From contig CAXWPL010000004.1 of NCBI GenBank assembly GCA_963666215.2, forward strand, positions 1-64,000: 64,000 nt of DNA, written 5' to 3'. This DNA comes from Acidobacteriota bacterium (lineage in GTDB: Bacteria > Acidobacteriota > UBA890 > WLXD01). Within the stretch, counting starts at the first letter, position 1; each line of letters starts with the position of its first letter. The notes under the pieces are model-generated. The model was given only the letters and a program-made list of their open reading frames with translations, did not search any database and was not told the origin of the DNA. The translations under genes and the position numbers were made by a program. This document shows, in pieces, positions 37,090 through 47,163 of the stretch.

Positions 37090-37782
37090 ATGAGCGACGC
37101 CCTGATCGACATGCAGGGAATACGGAAGGTGTTCTACACCGAGGAAGTCGAAACGCACGCTCTCTCGGACGTGGAGCTCGCGATAGCGCCAGGCGAGTTC
37201 GTCTCGATCGCCGGGCCCTCGGGCTCGGGCAAGACGACGCTGCTCTCAATCCTCGGCCTGTTGGACACGCCGACCGACGGCGAGTACCAGCTGAACGGCA
37301 ACCCGGTGGCCAACCTCACGGCCTCGGAGCGCGCCCGTGTGCGCAACCGTGAGATCGGCTTCATCGTCCAGAGCTTCAACCTCATCGGCGACCTCAACGT
37401 GTACGAGAACGTCGAGCTACCGCTCACCTACCGCGGCATGTCCTCGTCGGAGCGCCGCGAGCGCGCCAACGCGGCTCTCGATCGCGTGGGCATGACGCAT
37501 CGCGCCAAGCACATGCCGAGCCAGCTCTCCGGTGGTCAGCAGCAGCGCGTGGCGGTTGCCCGCGCCGTCTGTGGCGACCCGTCGATTCTTCTGGCGGACG
37601 AGCCCACGGGTAACCTCGACTCGGGCAATGCCAGCGCCGTCATGGACCTCATGTCGGAGCTGCACCAGGGTGGCGCGACGATCTGCATGGTCACCCACGA
37701 TCCGCGCTGGACCAACTACGCCGATCGCACGGTCCATCTTTTCGACGGCATGGTGGTCGACGAAAAGACGGCGGTCGTCTAG
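37090..37782 (+). CDS. MacB/LolD-type ABC ATP-binding protein
   Basis: GPSGSGKT, LSGGQQQR, LLADEPTGNLD, VTHD; GGAGG RBS. Confidence 0.95.
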   Translation: MSDALIDMQGIRKVFYTEEVETHALSDVELAIAPGEFVSIAGPSGSGKTTLLSILGLLDTPTDGEYQLNGNPVANLTASERARVRNREIGFIVQSFNLIGDLNVYENVELPLTYRGMSSSERRERANAALDRVGMTHRAKHMPSQLSGGQQQRVAVARAVCGDPSILLADEPTGNLDSGNASAVMDLMSELHQGGATICMVTHDPRWTNYADRTVHLFDGMVVDEKTAVV

Positions 37783-37892
37783 CGATCGTCCGAAGGTCCA
37801 TGGGAATGATCCTGGGGGTCTCCTGAAGAGATCCTCGAGATCGGGCGCGGCCAGAGACGGTATCTGGCCGCTACTCCGCCGAGTCGGACACT

Positions 37893-39266
37893 ATGAACGC
37901 GACGGCAAACGGGTCCCCACGGGTGCTGGTCGCCGGCGACCAGAAAGACGTCCTCGAGGCCCTACGCCTGCTACTCAAAGGCGAGGGCCTCGACGTCGAA
38001 ACTGTCACGTCGCCGGCAGGTGTGCTCGGTGCGCTGCACGCGCGCGACTTCGACGCGCTGCTGATGGATCTCAACTACGCGCGTGACACAACGTCAGGGC
38101 GCGAAGGCCTCGACCTGCTGCCGCAGCTGCGCGAGCTCGACACCACACTGCCCGTCATCGTGATGACGGCGTGGGGCAGCGTTGAGGGCGCGGTGGAGGC
38201 GATGCGCCAGGGCGCTCGCGACTACATCGAGAAGCCGTGGGACAACGCCCGGCTCATGGCAACGCTCAAGACGCAGATCGAGCTTGGCCAGGCGCTCAGA
38301 CGCAGCGAGCATCTCGAGCACGAAAACCGGCTGCTGCGCCGCGACGGGTTGCCCGAGCTCATCGCCGAGTCGCGCGCCATGCAACCCGTGCTCGATCTGA
38401 TGGAGCGCGTCGCGCCCTCCGACGCCAACGTCCTGGTGACCGGCGAGCACGGCACGGGTAAGGACGTGGTGGCGCGCTGGCTGCACGCCACCTCGCACCG
38501 CGCCGAAGAGCCTCTCGTCACGGTTGACGTTGGCGCCATGTCGGAGGGTGTGTTCGAAAGTGAGCTGTTCGGTCACGTCAAAGGCTCGTTCACCGATGCC
38601 CGCTCCGACCGCGTTGGTTACTTCGAGCTCGCCGACCGCGGCACGCTATTCCTCGACGAGATCGCCAATATCCCGACGAAACAGCAAGCGCGTTTCCTGC
38701 GCGTGCTCGAAACCGGCGAGCTGCAACGCGTGGGCTCGTCCAAGAGCCGCCGTGTGGATGTCCGCGTGCTATCGGCAACCAACGTCAACTTGGCAGCCGA
38801 AGTGGAGAGCGGTGGCTTTCGCGAGGACCTCCTGTACCGGCTGAACACCGTCGAGATCCGGCTGCCGCCACTGCGCGAGCGACGCGAAGACATCCCGTTA
38901 CTGGCGTCGCACTTCCTCAAGAAACAGCTGAAACGCTATCGACGCCAGCTCGACGGCTTCGACCGCGACGCGATGCAGGCCTTGCTCCAGCACCCTTGGC
39001 CTGGGAACGTTCGCGAGCTGCAGCACGTCGTCGAGCGCGCTGTGCTGCTCTCATCGCGCGAGAAGATCCGGCAGGAAGATCTCGGATTGCAGCCGCGCAG
39101 GGACCCGACCTCGTCACGACTCGAGGAGATGTCGCTCGACCAGGCTGAGCGTACACTCATCGAAACGGCGTTGGCGCGCAACGACGGCAACGTGAGCCGT
39201 GCGGCCGAGAGCCTCGGGCTCAGCCGCAGCGCGCTGTATCGGCGTCTGCATCGTTACGGGCTCTGA
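37893..39266 (+). CDS. NtrC-family sigma54 response regulator
   Basis: Receiver domain, GEHGTGK, ESELFGHVKGSFTDA, WPGNVREL, Fis-type HTH. Confidence 0.95.
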   Translation: MNATANGSPRVLVAGDQKDVLEALRLLLKGEGLDVETVTSPAGVLGALHARDFDALLMDLNYARDTTSGREGLDLLPQLRELDTTLPVIVMTAWGSVEGAVEAMRQGARDYIEKPWDNARLMATLKTQIELGQALRRSEHLEHENRLLRRDGLPELIAESRAMQPVLDLMERVAPSDANVLVTGEHGTGKDVVARWLHATSHRAEEPLVTVDVGAMSEGVFESELFGHVKGSFTDARSDRVGYFELADRGTLFLDEIANIPTKQQARFLRVLETGELQRVGSSKSRRVDVRVLSATNVNLAAEVESGGFREDLLYRLNTVEIRLPPLRERREDIPLLASHFLKKQLKRYRRQLDGFDRDAMQALLQHPWPGNVRELQHVVERAVLLSSREKIRQEDLGLQPRRDPTSSRLEEMSLDQAERTLIETALARNDGNVSRAAESLGLSRSALYRRLHRYGL

Positions 39267-39330
39267 TCCAGCACGCCCGGCGGACTCCGCAACGGCCTGC
39301 TGGCGTCGGACCTAATCCGCGGAGCCGAAT

Positions 39331-40734
39331 ATGAGCTTGCCGACCACCAGCACCCGACATGCGGTGAGCTTCGATCACCGCATCTTGCTGCTGGCCTTGG
39401 CAGCCGGGCTGCCGGGCTCGACCTGCGCGCTCTGGCTTCTCTGGGACGGCGATTTCTCCAGCAAGGTGGTCTGGACGCTGGCGGTCGTGATCGTCTCCAG
39501 CTGGATCGGCTTCGCGCTCATTTTGCGGCAGCAGGTCGTGCGGCCTCTGCAGACGTTGTCGAACCTGCTGTCGGCGCTGCGCGAGGGCGACTTCTCGATT
39601 CGCGGCCGCGAAGCCCCGCTTGACGAGCCTCTCGAGCTCGCGATGGTCGAGCTCAACAGTCTGGGCGAGACCTTGCGACAACAGCGACTCGGAGCCGTCG
39701 AAGCGACGGTGCTGTTGAGCAAGGTCATGGGAGAGATCGACGTGGCCGTGTTCGCCTTCGACGCGAACAACCGCGTGCAGCTGGCGAATCGCGCCGCTGA
39801 ACGCCTTCTCGACAGGCCGGCCGATGAGCTCGTCGACCTACCGGCAAGCGATCTCGGGCTGCGGGAGTGCCTCGAAGGCCCACGCTCCCGCATCCTCGAC
39901 CTGAGCTTTCCGGCCGGCGCCGGCCGTTGGGAGATCCGGCGCGGCACGTTCCGGCAGGGAGGCCGCCCACATCAGCTCGTGGTGCTGTCCGACCTTACAC
40001 GCGCGCTCCGCGCCGAGGAGCGGCAGGCCTGGCAGCGCCTGGTGAAGGTGCTGCGGCATGAGATCAACAACTCGCTGGCGCCCATCCAATCGCTTGCCGA
40101 CAGCCTACGCATGCTGCTGCGCCGCGAGCCGCTGCCCGGTGACTGGAACGAGGACGTGCAAACCGGGCTTCGCGTCATCGCCGACCGTTCTGGAGGGCTC
40201 GGCCGGTTCATGTCGTCGTACGCACGACTCACGCAGCTGCCGGAGCCCGACCCGCTGCCGCTCGACGTCGACGACTGGGTCCGCCGCGTGGTTGCCCTCG
40301 AGTCACGCCTGCCCATTGAGGTCGTAGGCGGCCCCCCGATTCGTATACGCGCGGACGGCGACCAGCTCGACCAGTTGCTGATCAATATCCTCGCCAATGC
40401 CGTCGAAGCGGTGCTCGACGGCGACGGAAAAGGCGGCGTGCGACTCGGCTGGGCGTCCACCAACGGCAATCGCGCCGGCGGCAACCAGCTCGAGCTCGTG
40501 GTCGACGACGATGGCCCAGGGCTGCCGGGCAGTCAGAATCTCTTCGTGCCGTTCTTCACCACCAAGCCGGAGGGCTCGGGCATCGGCCTGGTTCTGAGTC
40601 GCCAAATCGCGGAAGCACACGGCGGAACACTGGCTCTCGAGAACCGCCTCGACAGCGGTGGCCGCCGCGCTCGCCTACGGCTACCACTCGATCGAGTGGA
40701 CGCGGCGGAGCTGCAAAAGAAGGCGTCGGCCTAG
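39331..40734 (+). CDS. Membrane sensor histidine kinase (PAS-like domain)
   Basis: HEINNSL, NAVEA, DDGPG, FFTTK, GSGIGL. Confidence 0.95.
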   Translation: MSLPTTSTRHAVSFDHRILLLALAAGLPGSTCALWLLWDGDFSSKVVWTLAVVIVSSWIGFALILRQQVVRPLQTLSNLLSALREGDFSIRGREAPLDEPLELAMVELNSLGETLRQQRLGAVEATVLLSKVMGEIDVAVFAFDANNRVQLANRAAERLLDRPADELVDLPASDLGLRECLEGPRSRILDLSFPAGAGRWEIRRGTFRQGGRPHQLVVLSDLTRALRAEERQAWQRLVKVLRHEINNSLAPIQSLADSLRMLLRREPLPGDWNEDVQTGLRVIADRSGGLGRFMSSYARLTQLPEPDPLPLDVDDWVRRVVALESRLPIEVVGGPPIRIRADGDQLDQLLINILANAVEAVLDGDGKGGVRLGWASTNGNRAGGNQLELVVDDDGPGLPGSQNLFVPFFTTKPEGSGIGLVLSRQIAEAHGGTLALENRLDSGGRRARLRLPLDRVDAAELQKKASA

Positions 40735-41207
40735 CCGAAGTCGAGCTCCGCTCGGCGCCCCTTCGGGATCATGCACAACACCTCCTCGCCCAGGAGGTGT
40801 CCGCAACCGAGCGGCACTCCGAGGTAGCGCACGATCACATAGCCCCGGCTTGCTCCCTTGGCGTCGACGCCGGCCACCCCGACGTCGAGCGACGCGCCGC
40901 TGACAAACGCCCGCGCCGACGCCCGGTCGACCTCGACCGCGTTGCGCGTGACGAGAGTGCCGAGCTTCATCGCAGCCACTGAGGTCGGCTTCCAGACGGC
41001 GCCGCCAATCCTGACGAACGGAAACCCGACGCCGTCGATCGGACTGAGGTCGCCGGGATCGACCTCACGTGGGGCGAGCCAAATGGTGTCGCGACCTCGC
41101 TGGTAGGCAACGTAGCCGTCGAGCTGCTCCGGCGGCGCGGCGAAGCGTTCCTGCCACCACGCGACGACCGGCTCGCAGTCTACGGGTTCGAAGATCATGC
41201 CCGTCAT
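40731..41207 (-). CDS. Stand-alone RsmF C-terminal/NIP7-PUA-like protein
   Basis: ATGA-coupled to the methyltransferase; WKPTS...G....RN, GYVIVRY..LGCG...IPKGRR. Confidence 0.7.
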   Translation of the reverse strand: MTGMIFEPVDCEPVVAWWQERFAAPPEQLDGYVAYQRGRDTIWLAPREVDPGDLSPIDGVGFPFVRIGGAVWKPTSVAAMKLGTLVTRNAVEVDRASARAFVSGASLDVGVAGVDAKGASRGYVIVRYLGVPLGCGHLLGEEVLCMIPKGRRAELDFG

Positions 41208-42244
41208 CCACAGTCCTCGACCGTATCGACCACCCCGGCCGCCTCGTCCTTCGGGACGGGTCGCCGCCTGACGCGAGCTACCGTGAAGCCGCCCGTGTCG
41301 TTGAGGTGCGGCCAGTACCGCGCCACGTTCGTACAGTCGGACCGCAGGCTCTTGCCATCCCACTCGGTGACGCCAGGCGCGGCGCTCAAGCCCGGCAGAT
41401 CGACGGCCAGGATCTCAGCGTCATCGCCGAGGCAATAGTCGAGAACGAGCTCGTTCTCTTCGGGTGCGAAGGTGCAGGTGGCGTAAACCAGAATGCCGCC
41501 CGGGCGCAACAGCCTCCACGCACGGCCAAGGAGTGTTGCCTGCAATCCCGAACGGCCGCGCAGAAAGCTGCTGCCAGCCTGACGCCCGCCGCCCGACTGC
41601 TGCCGGAGATTGCCCTCGCAGGAGCAAGGCACGTCGAGCAGAATGCGATCGAAAGGCGTTTCGTCGGACATGGGGAACCGGGTTCCGTCGATCGGCGTGA
41701 CAACAACGTTGTGAAGCCCGAGCCGATCGGAGTTCGACCGCAAGGCACGTAATCGTTGGGGCCTCACGTCGTTGGCCACCACCGTTCCGCGTCCCTCCAT
41801 CTGCACGGCGATCTGCGCTGTCTTGCCGCCCGGCGCGGCGCACAAGTCGAGCACGCGCTCTCCAGGTTGCGGGGCCAGCACCGGAGCTGGCGCGAGCGAG
41901 ATCTCTTCCTGCACATGCATCAGCCCCAGGTAGTGCTCGATCGTGATGCCTGGCTTGTTGAATCCCTCCACGCGCAGAGCTCCAGGGCACCACGCGATTC
42001 GCTCCACGCCCAGCCCACGGCGCTCCAGACGCCGCACGAGCAGGTCGGTGGTCTGAGCGGCCGTCTTGCACCACGAAGCGTCCGGCGGCAGTGCGTCGGA
42101 GCCTTCGAGTCGACGCATGTGCTCGGCGCGAAACGGGTTCGCCCAGACGACTGTCGGCAACGGCCGACGGCAGGCGGCCAGGAATGCCTGCCAGTCGTCA
42201 ACGATCTGACGATATCTCGATAGCCGCGCTTCTAATTCAGACAT
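41204..42244 (-). CDS. RsmB/RsmF/NOP2-family m5C RNA methyltransferase
   Basis: VLDLCAAPGGKT, LLDVPCSCEG, YATCTFAPEENE. Confidence 0.95.
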   Translation of the reverse strand: MSELEARLSRYRQIVDDWQAFLAACRRPLPTVVWANPFRAEHMRRLEGSDALPPDASWCKTAAQTTDLLVRRLERRGLGVERIAWCPGALRVEGFNKPGITIEHYLGLMHVQEEISLAPAPVLAPQPGERVLDLCAAPGGKTAQIAVQMEGRGTVVANDVRPQRLRALRSNSDRLGLHNVVVTPIDGTRFPMSDETPFDRILLDVPCSCEGNLRQQSGGGRQAGSSFLRGRSGLQATLLGRAWRLLRPGGILVYATCTFAPEENELVLDYCLGDDAEILAVDLPGLSAAPGVTEWDGKSLRSDCTNVARYWPHLNDTGGFTVARVRRRPVPKDEAAGVVDTVEDCG

Positions 42245-42336
42245 CTCAGCCGCATACTAGTGGGCTGTAGCAGCGGTCGAGTGTCGGCTTTCACATTCGC
42301 CCAACGTGCATCCTCAGACTCTAAGCAGAAGCGACT

Positions 42337-43497
42337 ATGCCAGCTGCGCCAGGCCCAGTCTGTTCTCGCGAGGTTGCTGCGAGGTCACGCCTCACGCCGG
42401 CTCTCGTTGCGCTAGCCCTGCTGACGTCCACCCTCGCCTTCACGGCTGCCGAGAACGCGGCCGCCACGCCTCCGATCGAGGCCGGGGCAACCCGGTCGCT
42501 GGAGCGGATCGACGGCGAGCAGCTCCTGCTGGTGCGCGAGGCGATGAACGTCGTCAAGACCGTCGGCGCCCGTCTTTGGCGCGGCTGGAGTGAGGTGCCA
42601 CCGACCACGCTCATCGTCGACACCCACACCGAGTTCCTCATCGGACTTCCGCCCGACAGCGAGCCTCCTCCCGGTTTCACGCGCGGCGACCAGGAGTTCA
42701 TGCGAGCGCCGATCTATACGCGGGACCGCGAGTTGCCCGTCACGCTGCGTACGGCGTTCCCGATTGGCGACATACCGATGGCGATCGTCGGCGCTTGGCA
42801 GCCCGAAGTGGAAACGTCCAACGAGTGGGTGGTGACGCTGTGTCAGCAGTGGTTCCACGTGCTGCAGCTGATGAGGGGAGAAGAAGGAAAGGTTGCCGCG
42901 TTGGAGCTGTCCGACGTGCCCTCCTGGCAGCTCGAGCTCCCCTTCCCCGAAGACCCCGACGTGGCGAACGCGGTGCAGTTGCTCGGCCAGGCGCTGTACG
43001 ACTTCTGGGCTCGAGGCTCCACGCTGCCGCGCGAGGGCCAGCGGGCATTTCTCGCCGAGACGGCGGCGGCCGCGCTCGCAAATCTGCGTACGGTGATCAC
43101 TTTGAAACATGGCGACGACGCCTACCGGTATTTTCGGGTTGCCACCTGGCGCGACGGCGTGGGCCGTTACAGCTCGGTGCAGATGGCACGCGAGATTGCG
43201 CGCGCAGAGATCCTCGGCGACTACGTCGCGGTGAACGGCTTCGGGCTCATGCGCGGGCATCAACGCTACGCGCAGATGTGGGAAGAGACCGTGCGCAACA
43301 ACTACCTGCTTATCCGCACAGCCGGCCGCCGCGGTGAGCCCGCGCTCACGGCGCTCCACGCCATCGGTCATGGCATCGCTGAGCTGCTCGACGCGATCGA
43401 CGATGACTGGAAGGCCCACTACTTCGAGCCCGACGTATGGCTCGACGACCAGGTCGCCGCGGCCCTCGGGCTGCCGGCGTACGGGACCGAGCATTAG
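42337..43497 (+). CDS. Hypothetical exported protein, possibly a degenerate zincin-like fold
   Basis: Signal-like N-terminus; WVVTLCQQWFH and WRDGVGRY. Confidence 0.7.
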   Translation: MPAAPGPVCSREVAARSRLTPALVALALLTSTLAFTAAENAAATPPIEAGATRSLERIDGEQLLLVREAMNVVKTVGARLWRGWSEVPPTTLIVDTHTEFLIGLPPDSEPPPGFTRGDQEFMRAPIYTRDRELPVTLRTAFPIGDIPMAIVGAWQPEVETSNEWVVTLCQQWFHVLQLMRGEEGKVAALELSDVPSWQLELPFPEDPDVANAVQLLGQALYDFWARGSTLPREGQRAFLAETAAAALANLRTVITLKHGDDAYRYFRVATWRDGVGRYSSVQMAREIARAEILGDYVAVNGFGLMRGHQRYAQMWEETVRNNYLLIRTAGRRGEPALTALHAIGHGIAELLDAIDDDWKAHYFEPDVWLDDQVAAALGLPAYGTEH

Positions 43498-43533
43498 ACC
43501 CTGACTGACAAGGCCAGCGAGACTTCACCCTCC

Positions 43534-44061
43534 GTGCCCGACACTCGCCAAACCGAGGCCGATGCCACGTTCGGGATGCTCGACCACCCGCAGCTCACGC
43601 GCCAGTGGCTGTTGCGCCGGCTGCAACGCGCTCTGACCTTCGATCTGGCGACCGCGGCGTTCCGACTCGGCCTCGCGGGTACCGCTCGAGGCTCCTCGAG
43701 CACCGTTCTAGCCACGCATGGGCAACGTGCGAAGGCGCGTGCCGAGTCGATCAGCGCCGCCATCGTCCAGCTGGGCTCCGCCCCCTACTCGTCGCTCGGC
43801 CTGAGCCGCGCCGCTGCCCGGCTCGGCGGCGGCGTACTGGGACTGGCGGGGGAATGGGCCTGGCGACCACTCCTGCAACGCCTCGCGCACCACACACTCT
43901 CGGAGTACGACACGCTTCGTGGGTTTCTCCGCGGACAGTCCGACTTGCCGCTGGCGGACCTGAATCGCGCGAGCGCGAAGTGGATGACCGAGATCGCTGA
44001 AGAGGTCCGGTGGATGGATGCCAACAGCCAGCCGAATTCGGGCTCCCCTCGTGTATCATGA
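43534..44061 (+). CDS. Hypothetical helical protein (weak ferritin-like appearance)
   Basis: ORF filling the space before queC; AIVQLGSAP, LSEY, EIAEE. Confidence 0.5.
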   Translation: MPDTRQTEADATFGMLDHPQLTRQWLLRRLQRALTFDLATAAFRLGLAGTARGSSSTVLATHGQRAKARAESISAAIVQLGSAPYSSLGLSRAAARLGGGVLGLAGEWAWRPLLQRLAHHTLSEYDTLRGFLRGQSDLPLADLNRASAKWMTEIAEEVRWMDANSQPNSGSPRVS

Positions 44062-44112
44062 GGCGACCTGCCGCCAAGCTATTGACGTAGTCATTCGACG
44101 CGTCGCACTGCT

Positions 44113-44907
44113 ATGTCCGACCTGCCGGGAGCCTCGACAGAGCGGTTCACCATCTCGGGCGCCGTCGAGACACTCGGCGAGCTGGCCAGCGAAAGTGAAC
44201 TGCAGCGCGCGCGTCTCGAGGAGCGCAAGGGGGCCGTAGTTCTGCTCTCCGGCGGCCTCGACTCCGCGACAACCCTGGCGATCGCCAGGTCCAACGGCTT
44301 CGATTGCTACGCGCTCAGCGTCGACTACGGCCAGCGACACGCGGTAGAGCTCGATCGCGCGCGGGACCTGGCAATGTACATGGGAGCTTCCCACCGACAG
44401 GTCCGCGTCGACCTCCGCGGCTTTGGCGGCTCGGCTCTCACCGACGACGATATCGTTGTCCCCTATCCCCAAGCGCCGGCGCAGATCGGCAGCCAGATCC
44501 CCGCGACCTACGTCCCGGCGCGCAACACCATCCTGCTGTCGCTGGCACTGGCCTGGGCCGAGACGCTCGGCGCCCAGCATCTCTACATCGGCGCCAACGT
44601 GCGCGACTATTCCGGCTATCCCGACTGTCGCCCCGAGTTTCTGCGAGCCTTCGAGAAGCTCGCCAACTTGGGCACACGGGCCGGCGACGACGGTAAGCGC
44701 TTTTCGGTAGTTGCCCCGCTGCTGTCGAAAACGAAGGCCGACATTATTCGCTGGGCTGCCATGCTCGAAGTGCCGTTCGAGCTGACGCACTCCTGCTACG
44801 ATCCCGACTCCACCGGGCGCGCCTGCGGTCTCTGCGAGGCCTGTATCCTCCGCCGCCAGGGCTTTCGTGACGCCGAGGTCGAGGATCCAACGATCTATGC
44901 CGGTTGA
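44113..44907 (+). CDS. queC: 7-cyano-7-deazaguanine synthase
   Basis: SGGLDS, YGQRH, YVPARN, YPDCR, SCY...CGLCEAC. Confidence 0.97.
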   Translation: MSDLPGASTERFTISGAVETLGELASESELQRARLEERKGAVVLLSGGLDSATTLAIARSNGFDCYALSVDYGQRHAVELDRARDLAMYMGASHRQVRVDLRGFGGSALTDDDIVVPYPQAPAQIGSQIPATYVPARNTILLSLALAWAETLGAQHLYIGANVRDYSGYPDCRPEFLRAFEKLANLGTRAGDDGKRFSVVAPLLSKTKADIIRWAAMLEVPFELTHSCYDPDSTGRACGLCEACILRRQGFRDAEVEDPTIYAG

Positions 44908-45592
44908 AGTAGCCGCGCCCGAACAGCTCACCGACAGCCGGCTCGATCGAACCACTCTCACGATCAACGAGCTCTTCGTCTCGATCCAGGGCGAATCGAC
45001 GTGGGCAGGAAAACCGTGCGTTTTCGTGCGCACTACCGGCTGTCCGCTGCGCTGCCGCTGGTGCGACACCGAGTACGCGTTTCACGAAGGCACCCGCAGA
45101 AGCCTCGACAACGTGTTCGCCGAGGTCTGCCAGCACGCGATCCCACTCGTTGAGATCACCGGCGGCGAGCCGCTGGCTCAACCCGCGGTGCCGGCTCTGG
45201 CCGCGGCTCTTCTGGAGCGCGGCAAGACCGTTCTCGTTGAGACCTCGGGCGCCTTCGACATCTCCGTTCTTCCGAAAGGCGCGATGCGCATCATGGATCT
45301 CAAGTGCCCGGGATCCGGTGAGTGTGATCGCAACGATTTCGACAACATCGGGCGCCTCACCGCCGGCGACGAGATCAAATTCGTCGTCGCCGATCGTCTC
45401 GACTACGAGTGGGCCGTGGAGTGCATCGAGGAGTACGGCTTGGCGGGGCGCTTCCCGGTTCTCATGTCGTCGGTATGGGACGAGCTGCCGCCCGCCGAGC
45501 TGGCGCGATGGATCCTCGAAGACCAGTTGCCGGTACGGCTTCAGCTACAGATGCACAAGATCCTGTGGCCCGGCGTGGAGCGCGGCATCTGA
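44897..45592 (+). CDS. queE: 7-carboxy-7-deazaguanine synthase (radical SAM)
   Basis: SIQGE, CPLRCRWCDT, TGGEPL, QMHK. Confidence 0.96.
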   Translation: MPVEVAAPEQLTDSRLDRTTLTINELFVSIQGESTWAGKPCVFVRTTGCPLRCRWCDTEYAFHEGTRRSLDNVFAEVCQHAIPLVEITGGEPLAQPAVPALAAALLERGKTVLVETSGAFDISVLPKGAMRIMDLKCPGSGECDRNDFDNIGRLTAGDEIKFVVADRLDYEWAVECIEEYGLAGRFPVLMSSVWDELPPAELARWILEDQLPVRLQLQMHKILWPGVERGI

Positions 45593-46005
45593 TGGGCGGT
45601 GACCAGGAACAGCCGCAGCCGCGGCCGCAGTACGTAGAGCTCGAGATGAGCTTCGGTTTCGAAGCTTCCCATCAACTTCCCAGGGCGCCCGAAGGCTCGG
45701 TGTGCCGCCGCCTCCACGGACACTCCTGGAAAGTCGACATCCACCTGGCCGGCGCTCTCGACCCTGAGCCCGGCTGGCTCATCGACTATCACGACATCGA
45801 AGCCGCCTGGCGTGCGGTGCACAACACGCTCGACCATCGTCACCTCAACGAGATCGACGGCCTCGAAAACCCCACCAGCGAGCTGCTCGCCATCTGGATT
45901 TGGGACCGCTTGGCACCGGCACTCCCGTACCTGCTGCGCATCGTCGTGCACGAAACCTGCACCGCTTGCTGCTCTTACTTCGGCCCGGGGACAGGCTCTG
46001 TGTGA
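45592..46005 (+). CDS. queD: 6-carboxytetrahydropterin synthase
   Basis: FEASH, CRRLHGHS, LDHRHLN, NPTSE. Confidence 0.96.
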   Translation: MGGDQEQPQPRPQYVELEMSFGFEASHQLPRAPEGSVCRRLHGHSWKVDIHLAGALDPEPGWLIDYHDIEAAWRAVHNTLDHRHLNEIDGLENPTSELLAIWIWDRLAPALPYLLRIVVHETCTACCSYFGPGTGSV

Positions 46006-46206
46006 ACGCAACGCGGGCCGTGGCGATCGCTAACCGAGTGTGCTTGAATCGCCACGAGTTTCAGAGCCGTTGCTAGGTAAACCACGTCGCCGGAACAAGG
46101 GTAGTCCACTCCCGGCGGCGAGCTTCTCCCGAGTCTCGCGGCGCTTTTCTTGATGCTCGCGGCGGCCCGAAAGCCCGGCCCCGAGACGCTCCTCGAAGGA
46201 GTTCCC

Positions 46207-46692
46207 ATGCGCGACCACAATGCCTCCTGGGTCCGCCGTTTGGCGGCGGTAACGATCCTCGGGCTGCTCACCGCTGCACTCAGCCCATCGCCGGCGGCGG
46301 CTCAAAACGTCGAGCTCGCCCTCGACGTCAACTGCAAGAACCTCAACTCCGACGACGATTGGGGCGACACCTCCGATTTCCTGGGTGACATCTTCTTGTG
46401 CCTGTGCGACAACCACACGTGGCAACTCTTGGACATCGCCGGCATCGCCCACGGAGGAAGATGGCAGTCGAACAACGGAATGAGGAACATTTACCTGCAA
46501 ATCGACGACAGCGACGGCGTCGCGCTGGCGGCTGCGTTCAAATACAGGACGTCCAAGGGCCGAGGCCGGGGCCACATGATGACCTGGATTCCGCCAGCGT
46601 CGATCCATACCGGCGAAGCGGACGCGAAGATCAGGGTAGAGGAAACCGATCCGGTGATCTGCTCAATAGGGCGGCCGCCAATCGACCGCTGA
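46207..46692 (+). CDS. Hypothetical secreted protein inside the que cluster
   Basis: AAGGAG RBS; signal peptide ending AAAQ; four Cys. Confidence 0.7.
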   Translation: MRDHNASWVRRLAAVTILGLLTAALSPSPAAAQNVELALDVNCKNLNSDDDWGDTSDFLGDIFLCLCDNHTWQLLDIAGIAHGGRWQSNNGMRNIYLQIDDSDGVALAAAFKYRTSKGRGRGHMMTWIPPASIHTGEADAKIRVEETDPVICSIGRPPIDR

Positions 46693-46735
46693 TCAACGTC
46701 CGAAAAACAAGCCGTTACCCCGAGCAGAGTCGCAC

Positions 46736-47122
46736 GTGACTTCCAACGGCTACACAGACGACCACGCGCGCGCTGGGCTCGATGTCGAGCTACCCGCGCT
46801 CGAGACGTTTCCCAATCAATTTCCCGGCTACACCATCCGGATCGACAACCCCGAATACACGTCGATCTGCCCGAAGACAGGCCTGCCCGACTTCGGCACC
46901 ATCACGATCGAATACCAGCCTGATGCCTCTTGCCTGGAGCTCAAGTCACTGAAGCTCTACCTGGTTGCCTATCGCGACGTCGGGATCTTCAACGAGAACG
47001 TCGTTAACCGGATCCTCGGTGACGTCGTCGCGGCATGCGATCCGGTTTGGTGCGAAGTCCGCGGCGAGTTCACGGCGCGCGGCGGATTGAGCTCTACGGT
47101 CGTAGCGCAGCACGAACGCTAG
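46736..47122 (+). CDS. queF: preQ0 reductase (type I)
   Basis: EYTSICPKTGLPDFG, ELKSLKLY, ARGG. Confidence 0.96.
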   Translation: MTSNGYTDDHARAGLDVELPALETFPNQFPGYTIRIDNPEYTSICPKTGLPDFGTITIEYQPDASCLELKSLKLYLVAYRDVGIFNENVVNRILGDVVAACDPVWCEVRGEFTARGGLSSTVVAQHER

Positions 47123-47163
47123 CCTTCAGCACCAGCGGCTCACGATCCCGTTAGCGGGCGTTT

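Noticed and set aside
44113-47122. 7-deazaguanine DNA modification (dpd) system
   Set aside because: No dpdA/tgt-like gene is present; queF points to the tRNA queuosine route; the context is housekeeping.
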